Shown here in pieces: positions 1 to 13,400 of a DNA stretch of 64,000 nt. How positions within the stretch are numbered: the stretch's first letter is position 1; the number at the start of each line of letters is the position of its first letter. The notes under the pieces were generated by a model. The model was not told the DNA's origin. It did not search any database and was given only the letters and a program-made list of their open reading frames with translations. Both the position numbers and the translations under genes were made by a program. Where the stretch lies: positions 1,665,048 to 1,729,047 of the forward strand of contig NMRA01000005.1 in the NCBI GenBank assembly GCA_002633005.1. Reading direction: 5' to 3'. The DNA comes from Phoronis australis (taxonomy: Eukaryota > Animalia > Phoronida).

Positions 1-1418
1 CGATGGCTCTTAAATGATTTACTTACTATTTCGGCACTAATGCCATCTCATGATCAGACGGGGGCCTCCTCTGCAGCATAACAAAGCTGGTCGAACAAAA
101 CCCCCTCTGGATCCATGCCTGTTGTGTGTGCTGTTAACAATGCACTACCAGTGACTGTGACATACAATCCCAAAAGGAAGGAAGCCCCAAGGTGCGCATG
201 TGTATAGCAAAGCACAGCTGCCATAAAGATTTGCATTCGGGTAAAATGAACAGTGACAACCAGGTGTGTATGCACCAGGATTTCCAAAAGAGACCCCACC
301 AAGAAAAAGCCCCCATGGGATCTCTTTCGGGATCCTTTGACATGTGTGGTACTAATGGCAAATGTGAGCAAAATGTCAGTATTTCTCATTTTTTTTATCT
401 TGAAAAGCCTTATCAACAAGTCTGTGCATTTCGCAAAATACCTTTAAAACTATGAAAGTAACGTAATTGTAAAGCTGTGTACATTTTCCACAAGTAGAAA
501 GACTGTCGACTTCGATTTTCAACCTCACTCGCTTATACCAAAGTGTCATTAATTGGGCCAAATGAACATGACGTGTCTTTTTTGTAAACATAGTAAAAAG
601 AGAATGGTACTTTCATAGCAAAATAACTGAATAAAAACATGACCAAGTTTCATTTGAAAGGTTTAAGACGAACTACCAAAAATGTTGCGACAGTTTCCCA
701 AAATGATATCATTTAGTTTTACGCAACTTGTGAGGTTTTTACAGCCTCTAATGCAAAGGTGGAATTTTTAAAAGCAATTCCTATAATTGCGTTCTGGAGA
801 ATAATGCACCAAGCACAGTTTATGAAAGATTTATATCAATCCGAGATATGATGTTCTGAAATCATCTAAATTTAGATATTTTTCTAGGGACATACATAAC
901 CTTAAAAGGACTGTTATTTGAGAAGTTGTTCGCTTGTCAACAGAAACATAGTCAGACTACAATTATAACAGTCACATTTCCTGCAACTATTATCTTACAA
1001 CATACCTTAAACAGTCCATGGCTGAATGAGGGCGCTGCAGGGAGCTATAAAAATTTAAAAAGGGCAGGGCCACTTTTTTCCAAAAGACCTCTGGAGACTC
1101 TATCTGGACAGTCACTTTGGTAGAAAGAACTTTGAATTCCCAAAAAGAGCAATCGGGGAATTTTAGGGAAATACTTCGTAACGATAGATATACGAGGCAT
1201 GCCTAAGCTAAACCTAGTTGACACGTTGTCAGACTCCAAGCAAGGACAATGAAAACATGAGAAAACATTGACCTACGCATCACCATCAGACATGCTCTAC
1301 TAGTTAGTGCACACAAACACAGTAAGTAAGGACACTAGGATACACAAGAGCAATGTACATGGTTTGTTTCCAGCTGCTTGAGTAGATGAGTCTTAGTGGT
1401 AAACAAGTCACTGCGAAC

Positions 1419-1462
1419 CTTAGCTTCACGCAGTTGCAGCTCTTCAATCCTCTTCTGAGCAT
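1419..1462 (-). CDS. TRIP11: TRIP11 exon 10 (DAQKRIEELQLREAK); donor position uncertain
   Basis: Strong acceptor ttctgtttttgcag in the right phase. The donor AAG|gttcgc is weak, and the ORF runs on to a stop at 1335. Confidence 0.65.
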
Positions 1463-4400
1463 CTGCAAAAACAGAAATAAACAAATTAATTAAGAGATTG
1501 AAAAAGGAAATGTTCAAACCATTAACGCATTCAGACATTTGGATATTGTGCTAACAAGTTTAGCAAAGAAATTTTAAAAATTTTTAACAGACTAACAAAA
1601 CCTACACAACAGTTATCCCTAAAACCAAGCCTAGTTATGAGCCGCGTGGGCAAAACACATTCATGATAGAGTGCAGGTGATATACATACAGAGAGACAGT
1701 CAGCTGCTACCTAGAGGCATGGCATGACATTTAATAATGGCATACAACATGAAACATGTGTTGCCTTGTATTGATTTAACTTGACAATTACATATGTCTC
1801 TATTGATAACAGTTATAGGGAGGACAACGTCATTAGTGTTTTGCTGGCACACATCCTCTCCAGTGATGACACTATCAAACACTATTAAAGTTTTGTATCA
1901 TTGCTTCAACAATGCAATGTTCATTCGCATTGTCATTTTGTTGCGGTAAATACAAAGAATTATTAATGAGATATACGCTCATTACTTATGATTGTTTTGA
2001 AAGCAAAGTCAAGCATCCGGTAAATCGGAACAAAAAGCAGACACAATGTATTCTTGGTTCTTTGCGTATACCCCAGTGAGACACACTGGATAATATCATC
2101 AGCGTGGGGTATAATTTTGAAAAAATAAAAAACATCCGGTGAATTGAAGTAAAGACCCAATCTCCATACACCCTCATGAGACACAAAGCACTATTACCAG
2201 AAAGTTGTCGGTGCAGTTGCCCATCCTCTGACCCCTGGCTCTGACGGAGACTCTCTATTTCTGCTGACTGCTGCTTGACCGTTTCAAGGGCCTCGTCCCT
2301 GGCCGTGGTCACGCTGCTAACACTAGCTTGAAGACTTTCCACCTGGGCTCTGAACCCAGTCTCAGCTGTTGAATAACGTTCTACTTCATCTGACAACTGC
2401 AACAATCAACAGTATTCCTGTTTCACTATACACTGTTAACTTAGTCTCAACTGACAACCAAAAGCCAAACTGACTACTGAATACTCATCAGTAATCCCAT
2501 ACAGGGGTCCCCGGATTTTGAGAACCAGTTCGATGCCCGTTATTCAGTGGAGAAAACTGGTTTTCAAAATGTGCCAACCCTGTTAGTGACTTTTACTGAA
2601 TACTCTTACATGACTTCACAACATTTAGTCCTCTTTGCCTGAGCACAGTTGTATGTACGGTGTAATAAGTACAGATGCCAAGTCAAGGGAAATAAACAAC
2701 AATTATAACAATAACATCCTGGTTTCAATTGTGTGCATTTGTGTCTTGTATGTCTGATTGTGTATTATAACCAGACCCAACGCCTCTCATACTTGACTTG
2801 CAGCTTGAGATTGGTCCACCTTCACACAGAAACAGGTCACAATTCAAACTCCATTGATTTTATACATAATAACTAAAATAATCATAAAAATGATTAACCC
2901 AGAGAAATATGATTTTTAAGTTTTAAAAAATGGCATTATCAATCTACATGTGACACTTTAGACAGACATTAGGAGTTATGAACAATTCTGACTCAAAGAT
3001 CGCTCCTTTTCTTGGATGATTTGGGAGTGCTACTTTTTCTTCTAAATATACTGAGGCCATGTGACTTGAAAGTGAGAACAACAAGAAAAAAATAGAGACT
3101 GATTTAGTATAATACCTCTAAAAGAAAAATTCATCAATGCAAAATGTTCATACTTTGCAAGACTCAATCTAACAAAACCCCAAGTAGCATTACCATGACA
3201 ACAAAAGGACGGTCACTTTGTTTCACATATTTCTGTTCATGATAACAATATGTTTCACGATACTTTTTTGTCACATTTCTGAAAACTGTTCCACGAACAA
3301 ATATGGTCATATTGACTACTTAAACAATTCGTGGACAACACACCTTGACACAGCTGTTTATTGTGCTCTAGCCGGCAAATCAATATTAAAAATTATACAC
3401 AGTCGGGGCCCATATCAATATCACATCCCTCTGGTAATGCATATGCGTGACTACATTGATGAATGAATGAATACCATGACTTCATTCATAAACTTGCATA
3501 CAGCCTGTACAAGGATCACAGACAAGAACAAATGGCAGCTAATTTCACAATCACTTTTTGTGAAAGGGTTAAATTGACCAATCACAATCTAGTCACTTGC
3601 CGGAAAAAAATTCAATCAAGATAACACTGAAAGCTAATAGTTATATGGAATATAATATTTGTAATGCATACTCTAAAATTCGATATATCTGGCCATGGCC
3701 TTATGTTTGGAAGCGCTGCCTTTTTACATTTTCTCCCTAAACAAAATTTATATGTACTAAAAGATCATATTTGTTTTTCAAACATGCTGTTTTGTTTTTA
3801 TTATTCATTCAAGTTTTAGTCAATAAATACTGGATCAATTTTTGACAGTATTTATCATTGTACTTCAGGATCATAGGCAGACAACAAAAGAAGATTACAA
3901 CTGACCTGCCAGCATTTTGAGAACCACTTTTCTCCACTGAATAACGGGCATCAAACTGGTACTCAAAATGCGGGCACTTTATATCAGACTAATGCTAGTG
4001 ATCTTAGATCCAAAGAAAAGGTATGGCCAAATATTCCAATATAAGGCTATGGCTCAGAAATACATTTTTTTCCTATAAATGAGAGATTATCCTGACCTAT
4101 AATTGACTGTACGAACAAAGTAACCTAGAGGGTAGTTTCCATCACGGACATGAAGACATTTATAAAACATTCAGGTGCGGCAGAACACTCTACTTAATAA
4201 TTCATATGTAATATTCGATACTTTTCACAAGCAATCAACAGAGCATTATAAAATAGCGAAGCTTTTACAAATCGTGACATTTTACGAAGTACTGTCGGAG
4301 CCCACGCACTTCAAGGAAATATCTAGCAAGAATTCCACACCAAACAATCAATAAATCATGGGCTGATCTAATCAATGTTCAATTTATCTGTTGAAAGTAA

Positions 4401-7400
4401 TACCTGTTCAACAAATCCAAGATCAATGATAGTGTGTTATTATTTGACAAGACCAGTGTTTGATATCATGCCGACATTGTTTTACACACACCACAAATAT
4501 GACAAACTTCCTTTTGTACTGCTGTGAAACGATCACTTCTCAAGAGCAGGTGACAGACGAACACAGAAACAGAAACTGTACTTTCTTTTAACATTTACCT
4601 CATGCATTATTGTAAATTTGCACCCATTTCAGACAAAAAGAATTGCCAAAATTACATTTTTTTGTTTTTTGAAGTCTCCTAACATCGTTATGAATGCTCA
4701 CATTTTTTTCAAAATACTTTCCCTTGGTAGCTATAGTACAGAACTTGAACATGGCAAAGCATTGATTTGATGTTACATATCTTTTATTAAAAAAAGTGTC
4801 TTGAATTGATGAGATTTTACCGAATGGAGCTTCTCAAGAAACTGTTTTTACCGAAAACATTTATTTAAGAGACAAACAATGTGCATCACTCAATTCATAG
4901 ACAGCTTCAAAGTAGTCAAAAGTTATTGAGAACGCAATTACGTGACTGCAAAGTGTAACCTACAATTAAACAAATGACCAACTACATGTGTCACTCAAAG
5001 AATATTGCTACAAGTTGTCAGAATACAATTAAATTTCTAAGGACATTCTCTAGGACTCCAAAGCTTATCCGGGAAAACAGTCACAGTTCAAACAGATTTG
5101 ATTGAACGTTTACATCATAAATCAACGTTTTCTTAAAGACCAAATATTCTTCAGAAGTTCTAAATTACTAACTTGGTGAAAAATTCTGAGAAAAAGAAAC
5201 TCAAATTTCATTTATCCATTTTTAGCCATTCACTTCAGATCACCCGCATAACCCACATCTAAAGACAGAGGATCCACCAAAGACAAATACCTTAGAACAA
5301 ATTCACCAAGACTTTTTGTCAGTTGGAGATGAGTAGTTAATCCCAATTTCAACAGACAGACAGACAGACAGACATTCATCTCTGCGCCATAATTAAAACT
5401 GAATGTGATACCTTCAACTTAGCAGCCTGAAGTGCTTCCAGCTGTCGGCCCAATATCGTGAGTTCTTTACTCTTCTCGCGAAGTTCTTGCTGCAGTTTTT
5501 CGATCTCATCCTTCCCATTGTCATGTGGACCAGCCAGCCGGACAGAGCCATGTCCTTCGCCATCTGATGTCTGTGCTGAGACTGAAAAGGTATAAGAGCA
5601 CCATTCAGACATCTGTTGCATGGACTAGTCTAATACAGGAGACAGGGGTGACAGGTTTACCTGCACCAACTCCACTGCAACTGCATAGGCTATACACGAG
5701 CATAACACCAAATTACCAACAATGTAAAGTGTCAAACAGTGTAATATACAAATTCTATAACAAGTATGATGAAATATTAATAGTTTATTCAACTATCACA
5801 GTTATTTCATCCCTAAAGTTTCATGTGAATGGCAAGATGCAATTACACAAATGAATATAAAAAATAATACGTCAAGTTACATAAAATTTCACTTTTTTCT
5901 TAGGAAATGTTGACCGCAGTGTGACATTCCAAGATGGAGACCTTAGACAGATTGCGTGTCTCAGATGAATACTTGTAAAACTGACACTACAATCACCTTA
6001 TGTTAGACTTTTTTAAAAGAGCTGTCTTGTAAGAGGTAAAATATAGTTGAATTATTAGAACAATCTCACCAGGCATATATACCTATGGTCTTACTAGTCT
6101 CAATTACACACACTCACACAAACCATATGTCAATAAAAGCTGACAGACACACACTGGCACAGATTTACATAGAGGGATTGTCTAACATCATTTGACCCAT
6201 AATTACTACACTTCTGTCAGTAGAATGGACAGCTCAATAACTATTGCAGCAGAAAAAAAAAACAAATCGAGGTCCATCCTTACGCATGCCTGCAGTAGGA
6301 TAAACTTGGCTACAAAATGTAATGTACATTAAAATTAAAACTTCAAGAAATAATCCTGTGAAGTGCGTTATGAAATTTTGAAATAACTGCAGAGTAAAAC
6401 CACTTGGTGTTATCACACGTTACTAGCTATGCTATATGAAAGAATCCCAATGAAGGAGTCCAAAAAACATGAACCAAAACAATCGAACACTGCATGGGGC
6501 TTGTAATAAAATTTGAGCTGAACAGAGCCTGCTGAACATAGAGACCAAACATTTTGAGCATTTCATCCCCCCTTCACCCACACAAACTGACTCATTATGT
6601 GAACATGCCATGGGATTAAATACTAAGCAAAGCGCTAAATGGGTTATTCTATAGAATTATATGGGGCTAAGATTTTATACAAACACCATCTATTCACACT
6701 TGCAATAGATGAATTCAACTTTCATTGTTTAGACCACTGACATAATACCACTTGACTTAGCAAGCAATGAAATTACTACAAGGCTTTCATTAGTCTAACA
6801 GTCAACAAAGTTAGACTGGTTGGAATGTTGGAGTAATTAAGCACATACTAATAACATAAACCTAGGAATGTCATATTTTTTCTTGTATCCATCCATATCC
6901 AGCCATACCCTAAATACTTAAATCTGGCCAAATTGTTCCACATGCTCATGGTGATTTGTGACCCAGATATTTTGTGTCAAGTACGAAAAGTGTTCTGTCC
7001 AGGGCGAGGCTTGAACCTACGACTCCTTGCAAACCATGTACATCGCTCTAGTACACACAGAGCGTGGAAATCTAATCAGACTAAGTTCCAGTCATTTTAC
7101 CTAAGATGGTGACCAACAAATTGAATGTTGACCAGATTAACAAAATAAATATTAACACACAACATTTCCACCTCTGTTCATATTTATATATTGCTATACA
7201 TGTCCAAGTAAGCAAACTTGCTCATGTTATCTGAACGTACCGCGATTAGTTGAGCGTTCATTGTATTAAAACTGATGACAATAATGCAGATAAAACAAGT
7301 AAATTGCGATCATAAAGTTATGCACTCAACAGGCCATTATATCATTCTCTCAGAATCGAACCAATGTGGCAGCATTATAAGACCTCATCAAATTTTCATT

Positions 7401-10400
7401 TGATGAAGTATAACGAACTCTTGCTCAGTCATTTTCAATAGTCGACTGATAGTAATGGTTTGTCAAGAGGGAGGAAGCATGGACACCTATAGAACCCATG
7501 TAAATGGAATGGGCAACTAGAATACAATATAAGCATGGACACCTATAGAACCCATGTAAATGGAATGGGCAACTAGAATACAATATAGGTTATCCTACAT
7601 TTCAACATAACACTGATCGCTTTCCGAGTTTAAAATTTGGTTGACGGTGAAGTATTATGACACTGTATTGTGTAGTAGTCTTCATTCCTTTACATACATA
7701 TTGATCTGTGGAACCGATAACGCTAAGTTATGCCTATCAAAAGATGCCGTATCTGGGTTAATAAATCTATCTAATCAATCTCAACACATACATGCATGTA
7801 ATTAAGGATGATGGTAAGTTCATATAACGACACTTGAAACAAAAGAGCTTCAAGTAACAGGATAGTGTTTCATATTCGTGAGATCCTCAGTTATTGAAAA
7901 TGAATTTCTGACGACGTGACTCCATGAGGTGAAAGAAATCGTAGGTTTGTAGTATGCAAATTACACCCAAATAAGTACTCAGGGTAAATGGAAACATTAT
8001 CGCCAGTGATTAATGTGATGCAATATGCATAATTTTCCAAATACTGGTTCCAGATGCAATACACTAAAAGATTCTTTATACTTCAGCTAAAACATGACAA
8101 AACGACATAAAATCCGTACCAGTAATGAGCCACTCCCGGGCAAACAATCAATTTCCTTTGCTCAATTGTACTAACCTGTCATTACTAGAGGTGAACAATA
8201 AGATCAGATTGAATATCTAAATTCAATACAGCTGTCTGAGGTCTTGAGGCTGTATTTCATGCTAGACTAACACCCAAAGCTATGTTTCATAAACAATAAT
8301 TGGAAACGAAAACTAATCAATCGACCGTTGATAATTTTTGACAGTCCCAACACGAAGAGGTTAAAAAAAGCCGAAGTCTAATGTAAAGTTTGACAATGCT
8401 TAATTATGAAATAAAAAGATTATTTGGCAAACATGCATTTATTAAACATATAACTATACAAACTGCAAACTAACTTCAATTCATTGCATTTTCGCTGCGC
8501 AACCAAAAACTTTTGATCTCAATGCAATGAACCAAATTTGGTTTGCAACCTTTGAAGTCACGTACTCTGCAAATTAGACTAATGGTAGGAGACCAAGTCT
8601 AAGAATTGTACCTGAGAAAAAGGTCACTCAAAACAAAGGTAAAGAGACATACATGGCTGAATATTGCATCAATTGAGACTTCCACTAAGCAACAGCTACT
8701 GATCACAAAGTATCACAACTCTTACCACTGGCCAGCCAATGAGAAGACTTCTTCAATTCTGTGCAAAATGCCTAACTGTGTCTCCATACACTACCACAGG
8801 TTCTTTTCATTAAGCCAACAGTCTTCCCCAAAACTACTTCAGGTGAGGTAGAAGTACCTTCTAATACAGCAAGGTGGCAGCACGAGTCCTTTGGACAGAC
8901 TAATTTGTTACTGACTCCCCTTCTTATCAGGAAATGATAGTGAAGAATGAGTCTAAACAGCCGAGTCCAAACAAATCTTACCTAGTTGCTGTTCTAACTC
9001 GGTGATGCGCTCATTCACCTCCCCAATCTGCTGTTTGTGCGCCCTCTTCAGGGCACTGATCTTCTGCGCATGGACATCCTGCAGGGCTGCTAGTTCCTTC
9101 TGACTGTCATCAACCTCCTGATTCAACCTGAGTTTCAAGTCCTAAAATGAGCGGGAAATCACAAGCTTTGGGCAATAGATAACAAGCAGCCAGTTACACA
9201 ACACACCTACCGAAACAGCTTAAGATATCACTCTAGATTTCTCGGAAATAAAAAATTGAGATTACAACAACATATATCGATAGCTATGGGTTGCTTTCTG
9301 GAGCAAATAAATCAAACACAGTGATGATGCATGCTTGTAGGAGATATGATTTATTTGCTCCAAAAAGGAATATCTAGTTGTCATCTACTTTCATGTCTGA
9401 TACTGAAGTCAATGAATAGCGTTAACTAATAATGGCGATACAGCCCTCTCAATATAAATACTATGAAAACAAAAAATACTACCACAAAGGTCACCATAAA
9501 CCACCCTGTACAGACAGTAATGATCAGAATGATGTATCCTCATTGTTACCAGTTGATCAACTGGACTGCAAACTTTACACAGCACTACAAAACATGCTGA
9601 CTACGAGTACGGTAAATAGACACTGGTATGCACAGTGCCTGTTCGTCAACGTCGTCACATTGCCTCACTCAAATGACATACATAGGTACCAATGGGAACT
9701 TCTTGGCACTAAATCAGAGGTTGCAAATTAACTCAGCTCAGCAAATCTCAGCTGTACATTTGAAAAGACACTTCGGATATCAAGGTCCAAATAGTCTCAG
9801 ACAGGATGTGCCACTCAGAATGGTCACTTTTTCATGACCAGTTTCCCTGTAAAGGGGTACCTTTTCCCACAAAATTCCAAACAAAAGCGCACAACTTCAG
9901 ATTAAATGTCTTAAGATTTATTTTTCAAAACTCTACAAAAGGTCCCTCTTCCCACAACAAAAGTCGACCAATCCCGCGAAGTCGACCGATCCCGCAAAGG
10001 ATGTGCTCATTTGGCATCTCTTCTAGAACTGCTTCGTACCGGACGGCCTTAAAAAGGACAGTTGTCCAAGAATCTCAACAACAAGGTTAAACAAAGCTTC
10101 GAATTAATCTCTACAAAATGGTAGGGTTTCTCAAACAAAGCCCAATGTGAAGGTAACTATTTAATGGAGGCTCACAACAAACGGCTCGCTCTTTTCGAGT
10201 CCATCCTCTACATTTTCGAGTTGCAACCCCCCTCAACAATATAGTTGAGTGTCCCCAAAGAGCAAAATATAGACCATAATTTACTACTCTCCTTGAACAG
10301 CCATATGCTGCACTAACCAGATTAGATGGCAAGTCACCACCTTAACTTGCTTCGAGTGCATCTTGTCCTAGATCAACTGATTATGGCTTTACTGCATCCA

Positions 10401-13400
10401 GCGATAACATTTAAATGATAAGATCAAAAAAGTTGTCTGAATCATTTACCAATAACTGCACAAGCCAATTGCCTGCAATTGCTTCTTTCTACTTGCTACT
10501 TCTGTCCATCCAGGCATTTGGGCATTAGTCACTTACAGGGGTCCCAAGTTTTGACAACCAGCAACAGAGGGCGCATCCGGTGGTGAATCAAGTCCGTGAG
10601 ATATGGAAGAAAGGGCTGTACACTTTCCACATCAAGGTGTAGTTCTTTGGTTTCAAAAGAGATCTTTACTCAATATTTTCATCACTTGAATGGAACCCAG
10701 ACACATAAGAGTCTCAATTTGATGCCCATTATTCAGAGAAGAAAACTGGCTCCAAAATGTGGGGGCCCTGTGAGTGACTATTACCAGCATTTGTGCCAAA
10801 AATGTTGACCAGCCACAAGCTATGCCATCTTGAAAAGATACGATGCGTTGTCACACTGGTGATGAGTTGTGCCAGGTAATTGTTACTTCGAGATGACACT
10901 AATGGATGATCATGTTGCATATGGAGAAAACGGATAGTTCCGATAAAACGGATAGTTCTGATAAAACTAGTCAGGCCACACCCACCACAGTTACAAGTAC
11001 ACACTGAATATAGCGGAAGTCTTTTACAAGCATAAGACAGCAGCAATTTTCCAATGATGAATGCTTGATATTTCACTGAAACTGTTATGATATGGACACA
11101 CCAAAATGGGAGAAACAAAATAACTGTTGCACACTTCAGTTTATCTCTGAAGCCAGGCCTTTGAACCAAATTAGACCAATGACATGTCAAGTTGGCAGAT
11201 GTCAGATCGACTCAAACTTTGACTAATGTGTATGTCAGGTCCCGATTCAAATTCTGACCAACGAAATCAGTCCCCAATTAAAACGGACACAATAGGTATA
11301 AGATGGTCCAGTAAGCCATTTCATTGCACAGATGTAGAGTTATGCTAGGAAACCTACCTCCGTGCAATTTGACAGCATTTGAAATTTTATAGTCTAGACT
11401 GGTGGTCTAGTTTTCAGAATAAGAAAGAGTCTTGAGTTTTTGACTAGGTCACATTTCCATTAAAACATACGCATTGTCACACACATATGTTCCACAAGTT
11501 TAAAACTTGATTTACATAAAATACTATAAGATAATAAAATAAAAAATATTTGTGAAATGTTACAAAGGTGATTTCCTTTCATTTTGTGCTTGTTTATTCA
11601 GACGTTTATCCAGTCTACTACATACTTTTATCAATTCAGCAACGAGCACTAACTTGTTCATTCTGCGTATATCATTTAATTGATTGTGCACTGCAAATGT
11701 CCAAAAAATTCCATAAAAACATCTTTACCATATCATTCACGATCCAAAACTTGAGGGACAAAAATGGCGGACTACCGTTGCGTTCACATATTCGTGTGCC
11801 CTGACTGGCTAGAATGATTAGCTTGATTGACATGTCGGAACTACCCACTATTCAGGAGACAACTTAACATGTGAACACCATCGAACACAACACACACTTG
11901 AGGCCAAACTGTCTACATAATACCCCAGCTGCCCGTTCTCCCGATAAACCAACACCAAGAGCAAACTTATGCCATGTTTGTCAAAAACAAACACTGGCTA
12001 AGTGCTGCTAATGTCTGTTTTTCTCCGGCTTTACACTGACTGACCTCGCCCAACTCAGATTACTCTTTCAACATGGACTTGCTGTTGAGCTAAGAAAATA
12101 CAAGTCAAGGAGGTTAGACGATCTTTCCTTCTTTTCAATAACCTCAGCAACACCAGAACTATATCATGGCAACAACTGAATACAAAAAGTACCTATTCCA
12201 GAAAACACTTAACATAAGAAACGCGAGATCTTACATTCACGAACTTGTGCTAATGAATAAAGGCTCATTTTAATACCTGAATAGACTTAGAAAAGGAAAT
12301 AGTTCATCAGCATGAGGGTATATGAGGGTTAGCAGCCCTGAGTGACTACCTGAATGCATACACTTCTACAGGTAGGAGCGTTGTCACACTGGTACCCCTT
12401 AGTAAATTTTAAGTCACCAACAGATGTAGTGCTTGTCGACAAAGTGACCTTCAGAATGGATTCTTTCGTAACACAAGGCTTCAAGAGAGTCTAACTAACA
12501 CATATGAAATTAAATTTCTCACTATCTTCGATTTTGTTGGTAATAGACAGCAAATAGAAGTAGCAGTTTCACACATGACTTATGGAGAGATTAACTGCAG
12601 ATAACAATACACCATTGATTCAAGAGTAGTGTCAGTGATCTCCAATCAGGAAAGGTACACAACAACTGAAGATAAGTGCAATTATCAGAGTTTCGGTCCA
12701 TGATACACTCACTTAACGCGCAGGTGATGTCCCACTTTACCTGGATGAATTATGACTGTCTGCAGGCGGTGTTAAAAGTGACTGGGCGAGGATTACCATT
12801 ACCACCGCCAATGGAAATCCTATAGTTTACACATGAATTGATTCTACATGTCCCACGATATCAAATATTGATAAAGAATCTATAGCAAATACTCAACGTG
12901 ATCTTAAGAACATCACTACAGACGAGCCGGACAAGATGGTCTACAGTGGGACAAGATGGTCTACAGAGAACCAAATGGCACTCATGAAGAAAATTGAATC
13001 CTTCACTGAAATAATGATGATACAAGGAGAATGGTTGAACCACACTGAAATACAATACTTATATCAGAGATGAATTATCATAATTCCTTTGTATAATGTC
13101 AATATGTTGCCACGCCTGACTAATGACTTGGCAGAGACTAATTTCGCATTTAAACAGCTGTTCTCATGGAAGATGAAACAGCTTACAAACCTAACACAGG
13201 TGAAGACTTCAGCCAACACTGACTCTGCTACAAAGCTGCCTCACAAACTGTGGAACACTGAGTCACCAAGACTCCACAGGTGAGCTGCTGTAGACTAATC
13301 TTGCCTATGAAACTTGGCAAATGTAGGTTGGCTTATCAGTAAAAACCACCAATTAATCAGTCCTCGGGCTTCCCTGTTGAAGCCCACAAGTTGGACTTTG

